Shown here: one piece after another, positions 48,096-58,430 of the stretch
Numbering within the stretch: the stretch's first letter is position 1
How the letters are laid out: each line of letters begins with the position of its first letter
Assembly (NCBI GenBank): GCA_033723415.1
Contig: JAWVXD010000003.1
Span: 192,001 to 256,000, forward strand
Source: Sulfurospirillaceae bacterium
Lineage (GTDB): Bacteria; Campylobacterota; Campylobacteria; Campylobacterales; Sulfurospirillaceae
DNA length: 64,000 nt
Reading direction: 5' to 3'
The notes under the pieces: model-generated
Seen by the model: only the letters and a program-made list of their open reading frames with translations
Told to the model about the DNA's origin: nothing
Database searches by the model: none
Program-made: the position numbers and the translations under genes

Positions 48096-50486
48096 ATGAG
48101 AATGAAAGATAGAAAATATACTTTTAGAGTCAGTATACTTACACTTTTTGGAATCTTGACTTTTGTTATCTCTGTATTTTTAATAGCAAGTTTTTATACA
48201 AGAGGGATAATCTCTGCAAATAAGACTATATCTTTGAAAAATACAGAAGTTACCAAAAATATCATCAATAATATAACTTCTTCTTTGCAAAGGATATCTT
48301 CTCAATTATCCGTACTTTCTGGTTCAACCAGAGATGTTGATGTTTTAAAATCCAAAGATGTCTCATCAAAGATCATGTGGGAAGAACTCAAAAGTAACAG
48401 CTACATAGCAAGTATATTTATGGGCGATGAAAAAGGTAATTTTTTGCAAGTAAGACGCACACCTTCTCTTGTAGTGCGTGAGATCAAGATGTCAGGAGGG
48501 AAAGGTCAGGATATATGGAAATCTAAAGATGAAAATTACAACACAATATCAGTAAAATCTTCTCCTGCTACATATGATGCAAGAACTAGAAATTGGTATA
48601 AGAAAGCCAATAAAAATGACACTGTTTATTGGACTAAACCATATATTTTTGCTTCAACACACTCGATTGGAATCACGGCTGCTCTTCCTACGATCAATGC
48701 TTTCGGTCAAAAAGTTAAAGTCGTAGCAGCTGATTTTACACTTGACAGTATCAATGATATGTTAAAAGAACAGGGGAAGGATATGGATGAAGACTTGATC
48801 ATATTCTCTAGTAACCAAGATGTGATCGCCTCTTCCTTCGATTATGATACAAAAAATTCTAGAGGAAAGCTCATAACGATAGAAGATTTAGCCTCAACAA
48901 AGATTAAAAATTTATATGAACAGATGGAAAAAGGTCAATTTGACGGTGAAGTGACAGATAAAAACGCAGAAGAGTTTATATATTCTATTTCCCCTTTTAA
49001 ATTGATATCCGGTGAACATTTGTATCTTGCTACCTTGGTTGAAAAAAGCAAAGTTATCGGAGATTTACAGTATACACTTTATATGACGATACTCTTGTCT
49101 ATTTTTATTATATGTGTGGTTTCTGTGATTATATGGATATTACTCAATAGATGGGTTATAGAGCCGTTACAAAAGTTAAAACAGATTACAAAGAGTGTAG
49201 CAAAGCATGATTTTGATTCTGTACAACATGTAAGCAGCCAAATTGTAGAATTTAACAATCTCTCTAAATCTTTGGTAACAATGGCGCGGTCTATCAAGCA
49301 ATATCAAGAAGATCAGAAAAATTTGATGGATTCTTTTATCAAGCTAATAGCAGATGCTATTGACTCCAAATCACCTTATACGGGAGGGCATTGTGCGAGA
49401 GTGCCGGAGATTGCCATCATGTTGGCAAAAAACGTGAGTGATAGCAAGGATCCAATATTCAAGGATTTTAAACTCAATACCAAGGATAAATGGCGTGAGT
49501 TTAAGATAGCCGCTTGGTTACATGACTGCGGTAAAGTAACCACTCCTGAGTATGTCGTAGACAAAGCGACAAAGCTAGAAACCATTTATAACAGAATTCA
49601 TGAAATACGGGCGAGATTTGAAATCTTGTACCGTGATGCCATCATCCAATATTATGAGCATCTATGTAAAAATCCGGATGACAAAGATAAACTTCAAGCT
49701 CAACTAAATGAAACATTTGCCAAGCTTAAAGAGGATTTTGAGTTTGTCGCAGAGTGTAATATAGGCAGTGAATTCATGAGTGATGATAAAATGCAAAGAC
49801 TAAGAGAGATATCAGATGCAACTTGGACAGAACATTTTGATCATAGAATAGGGCTATCAGAGGCCGAAAAAGCAAGAATAACAAATATCGATGAAGCTTA
49901 TGAACCAAGGAAAAGAAAATTGCTTGAGGATAGATCTGAGCATCTAATAAAACGTAGACGAGAGATAAATCTTAAACAATACGAAAAGTACGGATTCAAA
50001 GTGGATATTCCGGATTATGCTTACAATTATGGAGAACTCTACAATTTGTGCATATCGAAAGGTACACTTACTCATGAAGAAAGATTTAAGATCAATGAAC
50101 ATATTATCATGACGATTAAAATGCTTGGAGAATTGCCTTTTACAAATAATCTAAAAAGAATCCCAGAATATGCGGGAACTCATCATGAAACTATGAACGG
50201 TACAGGATATCCGAGAAAACTAACCAGAGATGAGATATCAATACCCGGTAGAATTATGGCGATAGCTGATATATTTGAAGCTTTAACTGCTTCAGATAGA
50301 CCTTATAAGAAAGCAAAAAAACTCTCAGAAGCTATTAAAATTATGGGTTTTATGAAAATAGATCAACATATAGATCCTGATATTTTTGATATATTCCTAA
50401 AAAATGAAATTTTTAAGGAATATGCAGAAAAATTTCTACCGAAAGATCAAATTGATGATGTTAATATTGATGACTATATAAAATAA
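48096..50486 (+). CDS. Cache/HAMP HD-GYP phosphodiesterase
   Basis: KSPYTGGHC, HDCGK, HHETMNGTGYP. Confidence 0.92.
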   Translation: MRMKDRKYTFRVSILTLFGILTFVISVFLIASFYTRGIISANKTISLKNTEVTKNIINNITSSLQRISSQLSVLSGSTRDVDVLKSKDVSSKIMWEELKSNSYIASIFMGDEKGNFLQVRRTPSLVVREIKMSGGKGQDIWKSKDENYNTISVKSSPATYDARTRNWYKKANKNDTVYWTKPYIFASTHSIGITAALPTINAFGQKVKVVAADFTLDSINDMLKEQGKDMDEDLIIFSSNQDVIASSFDYDTKNSRGKLITIEDLASTKIKNLYEQMEKGQFDGEVTDKNAEEFIYSISPFKLISGEHLYLATLVEKSKVIGDLQYTLYMTILLSIFIICVVSVIIWILLNRWVIEPLQKLKQITKSVAKHDFDSVQHVSSQIVEFNNLSKSLVTMARSIKQYQEDQKNLMDSFIKLIADAIDSKSPYTGGHCARVPEIAIMLAKNVSDSKDPIFKDFKLNTKDKWREFKIAAWLHDCGKVTTPEYVVDKATKLETIYNRIHEIRARFEILYRDAIIQYYEHLCKNPDDKDKLQAQLNETFAKLKEDFEFVAECNIGSEFMSDDKMQRLREISDATWTEHFDHRIGLSEAEKARITNIDEAYEPRKRKLLEDRSEHLIKRRREINLKQYEKYGFKVDIPDYAYNYGELYNLCISKGTLTHEERFKINEHIIMTIKMLGELPFTNNLKRIPEYAGTHHETMNGTGYPRKLTRDEISIPGRIMAIADIFEALTASDRPYKKAKKLSEAIKIMGFMKIDQHIDPDIFDIFLKNEIFKEYAEKFLPKDQIDDVNIDDYIK

Positions 50487-50590
50487 TAGATTATCAAGGC
50501 TGCGTATTTATTTTGTATTTAAGCTACTAAAGTATTATAACACTGAAATCTTTTAATGAATTCAACCAAAAAAAGGAAAAGGACTACTTT

Positions 50591-51424
50591 ATGAAAATCG
50601 TAAAAATAGCAGCTATTGGTCTCGTGATGAGCGGAGCTTTGTTTGCATCTTCAAATCTTGATCAAAAAGTGATAAATTTTGAAAAGCAAAGATTTATGAC
50701 ACACAAAAACCTGACTTTAACAAAAGTAGAGATCGTAAAAAAAGCAAAAGTGCCATACGGCGAGTGGTATGGATATATCCTGAGTATTCAGGCAAACGTT
50801 CCTGGTCATGGCATGGTTTCCGGGCATGACACAATATTTTCAAATGGTGAAATCGTTGCTCCGGAACTGGTCAACATGAAAAGCGGAGATAGTTTTAAAA
50901 GTTTACTTTCTCTCAAAGTTACTAGTGCCTACTATAAGCCGGATCATTTGATTGCAGGAAATATTAATGCAAAAAACAAAGTCGTAGTATTTTCTGATCC
51001 ACTTTGTCCTTTCTGCATCAAAGCACTTCCAGGCATAATCAAAAAAGCAAAAGACAATCCTAATAAGATAGCACTTTATTATTATCAGTTTCCACTTTTG
51101 TCTATACACCCGGCATCAGATGTTGTTACTAAGGCTATGATTGTTGCTAAAAGAGAAGGCATCAAAAATGTTGAAGCAAAAATTTATAATGCGGATCTTG
51201 ATAAGCATTTATCTGTAAGCGAAAAAAATCGACAAAAAATTCTTGACAATGTCAACAAGGTTCTTAAAACCAATATCACGCTAAAAGATATCAGCGATGC
51301 ATCACTAAATAAAGAAATTCGCTCCGATATGAAAATGGGTGCTGATGTTATGGTTCGAGGTACGCCAACCATTTTTGTAAATGGTGTCAAAGATACAAGT
51401 AGAACCATTTTCCAAAATTTATAA
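50591..51424 (+). CDS. DsbA/DsbC-like thiol:disulfide protein
   Basis: FSDPLCPFC, GTPT. Confidence 0.88.
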   Translation: MKIVKIAAIGLVMSGALFASSNLDQKVINFEKQRFMTHKNLTLTKVEIVKKAKVPYGEWYGYILSIQANVPGHGMVSGHDTIFSNGEIVAPELVNMKSGDSFKSLLSLKVTSAYYKPDHLIAGNINAKNKVVVFSDPLCPFCIKALPGIIKKAKDNPNKIALYYYQFPLLSIHPASDVVTKAMIVAKREGIKNVEAKIYNADLDKHLSVSEKNRQKILDNVNKVLKTNITLKDISDASLNKEIRSDMKMGADVMVRGTPTIFVNGVKDTSRTIFQNL

Positions 51425-51431
51425 AGGCAGA

Positions 51432-51458
51432 AGAAGCTGCCAAATTAGGCGGCTTCTT
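51432..51458. terminator. bidirectional hairpin terminator
   Basis: AGAAGCTGCC...GGCGGCTTCT. Confidence 0.6.
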
Positions 51459-51464
51459 GATTGT

Positions 51465-51833
51465 TTATTTTAAGTTTGAAATATACGCAGCTACTGCGTC
51501 AATGTCTGCATCACTCAGATCTTTGGCTTGTAAATTCATAGCCAAAGCATTATCTCCCTGTTTTGTACCGGCTCTGTAGCTTTTTAGAGAGTCTATGATC
51601 TTATCTTTTGGCCAGCCGGCTATAATGTTTGATACACCAAATGCATGTTGATTTGCTTTTATACCATGACAGCTGGCACATCTTTTGAAGACGATTGCTC
51701 CACGGCTTGCTCCAGAAGAAGCTGATTCTGAACTGCTAGTATTTGAATTCATCATACCAGATCCCATCATCATACCTCCGGCAAAAAGTGAAGATGCTAG
51801 GGTAGTAGCAAAAATAAGACAGTATCTTTTCAT
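51465..51833 (-). CDS. cytochrome c553-like
   Basis: CASCH haem motif, signal peptide. Confidence 0.9.
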   Translation of the reverse strand: MKRYCLIFATTLASSLFAGGMMMGSGMMNSNTSSSESASSGASRGAIVFKRCASCHGIKANQHAFGVSNIIAGWPKDKIIDSLKSYRAGTKQGDNALAMNLQAKDLSDADIDAVAAYISNLK

Positions 51834-52297
51834 AATAAACTCCAAGTAGAAAATATCAATAAACAATATCAGTTTTTACATAAATAGTTCATATCTTTTG
51901 ATTTTAAATTCATTTTTTTAAATTCACTTAACTATATTCGTTTAATATTTCACTTATATAAAAGTTTACTGGTTGGTGAAAAAATATAGATAAAAAAAGT
52001 GTATATTATTGATAAATCACATAAAATAAATAGAGTTGATTTTATGAGATATTGAAATTTTTGTCTTATTTCGTATTTGTAATCTTGATATAATACAGGG
52101 CTAAACATGACAAAATCAATATAATTTAAGTTTAAACTGTCTTTTAAAATCAAATTTCTTACAAATAGTGACATTTTTCAAATTCTCTCAAATAAAATTA
52201 ATAAAAATTAATATAAACATAAAATACTTTATGTATAATTTCAGCGTTGGCGAGAAATGTCGATATATCAATAGTACGATTTATAAAAAAAGGTTAA

Positions 52298-53905
52298 ATG
52301 ATGACGATAAAACAAAAACTTTCTTTGGGAATAGGGATAATAATCGTAGGTATACTTATGAATATTATAGTTGTAAATTATCATGTGCGTGGGGCATATG
52401 ATTTAAGCAAAAAAACAGCAGAAGAGTCTGTCCCGTTTGCATTATATGCAGCAGACGCAAAATATCAGACATCTCAAGTTCAACAATTCTTGACTGATGC
52501 CTCTTTGACTCAGAATCCGGATTCTATAAGAGAAGCTGAGGCAGCATATACTAAATTTATGGCTGATATGGATAAATTTATGGGTATGTACAAGAATGAA
52601 AATGACAACAAAAATCTTAAATATATCACAACTACGAAGAAAGATATGGATAATCTTCTCTCTACCGGTAAAGATATGGTAAAACAATATGCTATCAGCA
52701 AAAAAGCAGGTGATACCGAGATGAACAATTTTGATCATAGCAGTGAGACGCTTATGACCAAGATAGATTATATAAAAAACACTCAAGAAAAAGAAGCGTT
52801 AGATAATGCTAGAGCAACTATGCATAAAACAAATATCGCGTCAACTTTTTCAACTATTATAGGGATCATCACGATTATAATAGGATTACTTGTAGGATTT
52901 GTGTTAATCAAAAACATTTTAACTTCAATCAAAAGATTTAGTGAAATTATTGAGACAGTTGCAAGTAATCATGATTTTAGCAGTACTGTAGAAATTCATG
53001 GCAAAGATGAACTTGCAGAGATGGGTAAGAAAGTAAATTATCTTGTGACTACATTGTCAAAATCATTTAGAGAGATAAAATCAGCTTCTAGCGAGAATCT
53101 CTCTGTTGCTGCAGAGCTGTCTTCAACAACATTGGTGATCGGTAAAGCTGCAGAAGAAGAATCTAAAATAGTCTCTGAGACTACAGAAGAATCAAATCTT
53201 ATAAAACAAGCTATTCTACTTTCTCTAGAAGAAGCAAAAGAGGTAAGAGACAAGGCTATAAAAGCTCGTGATATTCTTCATCAAGCACAAGAATCGTTAA
53301 GAGAAACAAATAAACAGTTATCTTTGACGGTAGAGATAGAAGTTGATATAAACAGTAAGTTAAATGTCCTCTCGGAAGAAGCATCTCAGGTTAAAGATGT
53401 TCTTGATGTTATTTCTGATATTGCGGATCAAACAAACTTGCTTGCTCTTAATGCTGCTATTGAAGCAGCCCGTGCAGGAGAGCATGGACGTGGATTTGCA
53501 GTAGTTGCAGATGAAGTGAGAAAACTTGCAGAGCGTACTCAAAAAAGTCTTTTAGAGACAAACTCTACAGTAAATGTTATAGTACAGTCAATCAGCGAGA
53601 TCACAGGACAAATGAACACTAACTCAACTCGTATGGAAGGTTTGGCACATTCGTCAGAAGAGGTAGATCATACTACGGAAGTAGCAGTTGATACTTTATC
53701 AGATACGGTACATGACATAGAAAAGCTTACGGCAGACTCAGAAAAAAATGCATCTTCTATAGAAAATATTATTGGAAGAATTGAACATATACACAAATTA
53801 TCAGCATCAAATACTAGAAGTGTTGAAGAGATAGCCACAGCTTCAGAACACCTACATCACATGACTGAAAATCTAACTTCTCAGATTGCTATATATAAAA
53901 CATAA
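52298..53905 (+). CDS. methyl-accepting chemotaxis protein
   Basis: [34 protein letters not shown]. Confidence 0.95.
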   Translation: MMTIKQKLSLGIGIIIVGILMNIIVVNYHVRGAYDLSKKTAEESVPFALYAADAKYQTSQVQQFLTDASLTQNPDSIREAEAAYTKFMADMDKFMGMYKNENDNKNLKYITTTKKDMDNLLSTGKDMVKQYAISKKAGDTEMNNFDHSSETLMTKIDYIKNTQEKEALDNARATMHKTNIASTFSTIIGIITIIIGLLVGFVLIKNILTSIKRFSEIIETVASNHDFSSTVEIHGKDELAEMGKKVNYLVTTLSKSFREIKSASSENLSVAAELSSTTLVIGKAAEEESKIVSETTEESNLIKQAILLSLEEAKEVRDKAIKARDILHQAQESLRETNKQLSLTVEIEVDINSKLNVLSEEASQVKDVLDVISDIADQTNLLALNAAIEAARAGEHGRGFAVVADEVRKLAERTQKSLLETNSTVNVIVQSISEITGQMNTNSTRMEGLAHSSEEVDHTTEVAVDTLSDTVHDIEKLTADSEKNASSIENIIGRIEHIHKLSASNTRSVEEIATASEHLHHMTENLTSQIAIYKT

Positions 53906-54062
53906 TATAAGATAAAGTCCTAAACCATCAATGTGAAAATTGCAAATTAAAGTAATTTTCACATTGAGCCTCTTAAAAAACTCTCTTTTCTCTCAATTGT
54001 TCACTTTCCTTGTATAAGAGTTACCTTAAACTTGTTATAATATTGTTAAGATAAATAAAGGA

Positions 54063-55079
54063 GTGGTTATGCTTTTTGACAAGTTTGAAATTCGCAATGT
54101 AGAGTTAAAAAATAGAGTCGTTATGTCTCCTATGTGTATGTACAATGCAAAAGAAGACGGAAAAGCGACTCATTTTCATTTGGAACACTATGTAACTAGA
54201 GCTGCAGGCGGCGTTGGACTTGTGATAGTGGAGGCAGCTGCTGTTTCGCCTGAGGGAAGAATAAGCCATCATGATCTTGGAATTTGGAATGATGAACAGG
54301 TTATTCCTTTGAGTGATATTGTGAACAGGGTGCATTCTTATAATTGCAAGATAGGTATACAATTAGCACATGCCGGTCGAAAAAGTGAAGCGACTTCGAC
54401 TCCTTTAGCACCGAGTCCTTTGAGATTTAGTGAAAACCATATAATACCTAAAGAACTGAGTATTGAAGAGCTGGGAAAAGTTAAACAACAGTTTTTACAA
54501 GCTGTAAAAAGAGCAATGAATGCAGAGTTTGACGTTATAGAGATCCATGCTGCACACGGGTATCTTATCAACGAACTTCTTTCCCCTTTTACGAACAAAA
54601 GAGATGATAAATACGGAGGAAGTTTTGAAAATCGAGCTAGATTTTTGCTGGAACTTATCAAAGACATAAGGACCTTCTACAAAGGAGTTTTGTTTGTAAG
54701 ACTTTCTGCTGTAGAGTATCAAGATGAAGTATGCGGTTTAGAAGAAAATATAATTTTGTCAAAGCATTTAAAGGATTTAGGAGTAGATCTTATAGATGTG
54801 AGCAGCGGCGGAAACTCTCCCAAATTACCAAGCAATATTTTCCCTGGCTATCAAATTGAGTATGCAAAAGCCATCAAAGAGAAAGCTGAGATAAAAACAG
54901 CTGCCGTAGGTATGATAAACAGCTATGAACTGGCTGAGAACACTTTACAAGAAGGCTCGGCAGATTTGATATTTTTAGGTAGAGAACTCCTTAGAAATCC
55001 ATATTGGGCAGCAAACAGTGCAAAACAACATGAGAACAAAGATTTTATGTTGAAAAATTATATCAGAGCATATCAATAA
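54063..55079 (+). CDS. namA: NADPH dehydrogenase, old yellow enzyme family
   Basis: SPMCMY, HAAHGYL. Confidence 0.9.
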   Translation: MVMLFDKFEIRNVELKNRVVMSPMCMYNAKEDGKATHFHLEHYVTRAAGGVGLVIVEAAAVSPEGRISHHDLGIWNDEQVIPLSDIVNRVHSYNCKIGIQLAHAGRKSEATSTPLAPSPLRFSENHIIPKELSIEELGKVKQQFLQAVKRAMNAEFDVIEIHAAHGYLINELLSPFTNKRDDKYGGSFENRARFLLELIKDIRTFYKGVLFVRLSAVEYQDEVCGLEENIILSKHLKDLGVDLIDVSSGGNSPKLPSNIFPGYQIEYAKAIKEKAEIKTAAVGMINSYELAENTLQEGSADLIFLGRELLRNPYWAANSAKQHENKDFMLKNYIRAYQ

Positions 55080-55097
55080 TATAAAAAAGGATATACA

Positions 55098-55958
55098 TTG
55101 GCTTCAGGATTTTTCGCACTTTTAGACGATATAGCGACTTTGGCCGATGATGTCAGTGTTGCTGCCAAGATTGCTACTCAAAAAACTACGGCTGTTCTTG
55201 GAGATGATCTAGCTGTAAATGCTCAAAAAGCTACAGGATTTGACCAATCAAGAGAACTTGCTATCATTTGGGCTATTACAAAAGGATCTCTTAGAAACAA
55301 AGCGATCATCTTGCCGATTACTTTTATTTTAAACTGGTTTGCTCCAAGTGTCATCATATATATACTTATCATTGGAGGACTTTATCTGTTATATGAAGGC
55401 ATTGAAAAAGTAGATGAGTATATTTTTACCAAAAAACATCAAGATAAAAATGAAAAACTTTTAGAATCTACAAAAGAGAATATTTTGGATTTAGAAAAAG
55501 AGAAGATAAGATCAGCCGTTTTTACGGATTTTATACTATCTATAGAGATTATTATTATAGCTCTTAGTTCTGTTGCCGGATCATCTTTTGTAGTTCAAGT
55601 TGTATCTACCGTATTTGTTGCTATATTGGCAACTTTCGGAGTATATGGTTTCGTAGCGATAATAGTCAGAATGGACAATCTTGGATTTTGGCTTGTTGGC
55701 AAAAATCAGCTAAAAAGCGGTAGACTTTTGATAAGTACAATGCCTAAGCTTATCAGGATATTAGGGTTTATAGGAACCTTTGCGATGATTATGGTGGGTG
55801 GAGGGATATTAGCTCATCATGTCGATTTTCTTCATCATTTTTCTATAGATAATATACCTGTATTATTTAACGATTTACTTATCGGTTTTGTCATAGGAAT
55901 CATTGTTTTTATGATTGTAAAGATAGTAAATTATATAAAAACTTTGTTGGTAAACTAA
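55098..55958 (+). CDS. DUF808/YedI inner membrane protein
   Basis: ALLDDIA, GDDLAVNA, TDFILS. Confidence 0.88.
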   Translation: MASGFFALLDDIATLADDVSVAAKIATQKTTAVLGDDLAVNAQKATGFDQSRELAIIWAITKGSLRNKAIILPITFILNWFAPSVIIYILIIGGLYLLYEGIEKVDEYIFTKKHQDKNEKLLESTKENILDLEKEKIRSAVFTDFILSIEIIIIALSSVAGSSFVVQVVSTVFVAILATFGVYGFVAIIVRMDNLGFWLVGKNQLKSGRLLISTMPKLIRILGFIGTFAMIMVGGGILAHHVDFLHHFSIDNIPVLFNDLLIGFVIGIIVFMIVKIVNYIKTLLVN

Positions 55959-56034
55959 GAAATCTTATAGTAATTTTATCCTGTTGTTTTAGCATTTATC
56001 AAAAATAGACTATAATTTTAAAAAACATTAGGAG

Positions 56035-56889
56035 ATGACAATGTCAGCTGGATTTATAGGTTTAGGAAATCTTGGCACCGCGATAGCAAAAAGACTTTCT
56101 GAGATGGGAAGAGAAATAAAAGTATGGAACAGGACACAAGAAAAAGCTCATAAATTAGGGTTTGAATCATTTTTTTCACCAAAAGAGCTTGTTCAAAACA
56201 GTGATATAGTTTTTATGTGTTTATTTGATTCAAATGGTGTTAGAGATGTTTTGACTCAAGAAAATGGACTTTTGAGTACAGATCTAAGTGGAAAAACAAT
56301 TATAGATCTCACAACAAATCACTTTGCGGATGTTATAGAATTTCATAAAATGGTAGCTGAGAAAGGAGGAAACTATCTTGAAGCTCCTGTTTTTGGAAGC
56401 GTAGTGCCTGCGAGCAAAGGTGAAGTTACCATCGTTGTATCAGGAGATGAACAAGTTTTTCAATCAGCGAAACCTTTATTTGAGAAGTTTGGTAAAAGTA
56501 TATTTTTCTTGGGTTCTGCGGGGCTTGCATCAAAGATGAAGCTTATAAACAATCTCTGCCTTGGCTCTTTTATGGCAACCTTGGCAGAATCTACGGCACT
56601 TGGCGAAGCTTGTGGGATTGATAAAAAAGATATATTGGATATTTTGGGAGTCGGAGGTGGAAAATCACTAGTTCTTGCCGCTAAAACTCAAAAACTCATA
56701 GATGAAGATTTTAGTCCACATTTTAGTAATGCAGCTATAAATAAAGATTTACATTGTCTGCAAGATCTAGCATATAGTATGGATAGACCTTTATACACGG
56801 GAAGCATAGTGAAAGAGCTCTTTTCAAAAATGAAGATGATGGGAAAAGGTGATGAGGATTTTTCTTCTATATATCAACTTTTTAAATAA
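56035..56889 (+). CDS. 3-hydroxyisobutyrate dehydrogenase-family oxidoreductase
   Basis: GFIGLGNLG, EAPVFGS, KLINN. Confidence 0.88.
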   Translation: MTMSAGFIGLGNLGTAIAKRLSEMGREIKVWNRTQEKAHKLGFESFFSPKELVQNSDIVFMCLFDSNGVRDVLTQENGLLSTDLSGKTIIDLTTNHFADVIEFHKMVAEKGGNYLEAPVFGSVVPASKGEVTIVVSGDEQVFQSAKPLFEKFGKSIFFLGSAGLASKMKLINNLCLGSFMATLAESTALGEACGIDKKDILDILGVGGGKSLVLAAKTQKLIDEDFSPHFSNAAINKDLHCLQDLAYSMDRPLYTGSIVKELFSKMKMMGKGDEDFSSIYQLFK

Positions 56890-56924
56890 TTAGTTAAAAA
56901 TTCAGCACGCGAAAGAGAGTTTTA

Positions 56925-57809
56925 TTGAGAATTTTTTTACTGTTTTTTATAGCATTGCATCTTTGGGGATTTGATTCTGATATAGGCAAGTTAAAAGATT
57001 ACAAAGCTATAAATATTGATTTTGTTCAAGATAAAACTCCATATATCGCAATTCGTTCATGGAAACAAAATAATCAAAATTATTATCTTGTACTCAATGA
57101 ATCTTTGATGATCACTAAGATCATCAAAGTTCTGCCAAGGCCTAAACAAATAAAAGACACGGCATTTGACAAAATCAAAAAATCTCTACTCTCAGAGCCG
57201 TCAAAACTGCACAATTTTGGCATAACTACGCCTGAAAACAGTAAATTGTATCTAACGATAGATATGTGCCCATCAAGTAAAAAAGGCTATGAAAAAAAGC
57301 TTTTTTTATTTTTGAAAAGATCAAACTCAGTAGCTAATATATCTATCTCAGGTAAATGGATGTTAGGACACAAACGTGACTTTGATGAACTACTTCAAAG
57401 TGGTTTGAGAATACGCTGGATCAATCACTCTTTTAGCCACTATTATGATAGAAAACAGAAGAACTGGTCCAAAAATTTTATGCTCAAAAATCCAGATGCA
57501 TTTGACAGCGAAATTATGAAAACAGAAAAACTTCTCATTATAAATCATCAAACACCATCAGTATTTTTTCGATTCCCCGGCCTTGTAAGCGATAAAAATC
57601 TAGTAGATAGGCTCATCATGACTTATAATCTTCTGCCTCTTGGCACAAATAACTGGTTAAATGTCAATAGAAAACTGATACAAAAATCTCAGATAATATT
57701 GGTTCATGGCAATCTCAATGAACATCACGGTATAGTATTGTTTTTTGATCAAAACCAAAGCGGTAAGCATATTCTCCGATTGAAAATATTTTTATTAGAT
57801 AAAATTTAA
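56925..57809 (+). CDS. polysaccharide deacetylase-like protein
   Basis: LTIDMCPS, NHSFSH, FFRFPGL. Confidence 0.75.
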   Translation: MRIFLLFFIALHLWGFDSDIGKLKDYKAINIDFVQDKTPYIAIRSWKQNNQNYYLVLNESLMITKIIKVLPRPKQIKDTAFDKIKKSLLSEPSKLHNFGITTPENSKLYLTIDMCPSSKKGYEKKLFLFLKRSNSVANISISGKWMLGHKRDFDELLQSGLRIRWINHSFSHYYDRKQKNWSKNFMLKNPDAFDSEIMKTEKLLIINHQTPSVFFRFPGLVSDKNLVDRLIMTYNLLPLGTNNWLNVNRKLIQKSQIILVHGNLNEHHGIVLFFDQNQSGKHILRLKIFLLDKI

Positions 57810-57894
57810 ATTATGTTCAAGTAAATTTTATTTATTGTAATAAAAGGTAAAATTTTGTTATACTTGTAACATAATTTTATTTAAGGGTAATATT

Positions 57895-58305
57895 ATGAAA
57901 AAAATATTTATTTTCTTGGCGCTTGGGTTGTCTCTTTATGCTTATAATGCGACAAAGGTCGCACATGAGTTAAATTATCTAAATTCATTTGACAAAGGTG
58001 TTGCTTTAGCACAAAAAGAGCATAAGATGGTCATGTTGGTTATTGTTAGAGATCATTGTCCTTGGTGTAAAAAACTAGAAAGTGAGACCTTAACGAACAA
58101 AAGTGTTAAAAATGCAACATCAAAATTCGTTAAAGTCATCATTGATATAAATCAAAAAATGCCAAAATCTTTCAAATCCCCTATCGTACCTATCGTTTCT
58201 TTTGTAGATGCGAAAACAAAAGAGGCCACTTGGGAAGCATATGGATATAGGCGGGTAAAAGACTTTTTGAAAGATATAAAAAATGCACAGGATGATGAAT
58301 TATAA
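57895..58305 (+). CDS. periplasmic thioredoxin-family protein
   Basis: CPWC, signal peptide. Confidence 0.85.
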   Translation: MKKIFIFLALGLSLYAYNATKVAHELNYLNSFDKGVALAQKEHKMVMLVIVRDHCPWCKKLESETLTNKSVKNATSKFVKVIIDINQKMPKSFKSPIVPIVSFVDAKTKEATWEAYGYRRVKDFLKDIKNAQDDEL

Positions 58306-58430
58306 AATATTTTGTGATTTGTTTGTAAGAAGTTGACATTTGAAGTTATGATTAGCCAATCTTTTGACTAATTTGCTTTTTTTGTATGTTATAATACGAC
58401 ATATCATATCTAAAAAAAGAAAGACTGAGT

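Noticed and set aside
52356..52365. TTATGAATAT copy in the MCP gene
   Set aside because: Intragenic and not ahead of a start codon; likely chance in AT-rich DNA
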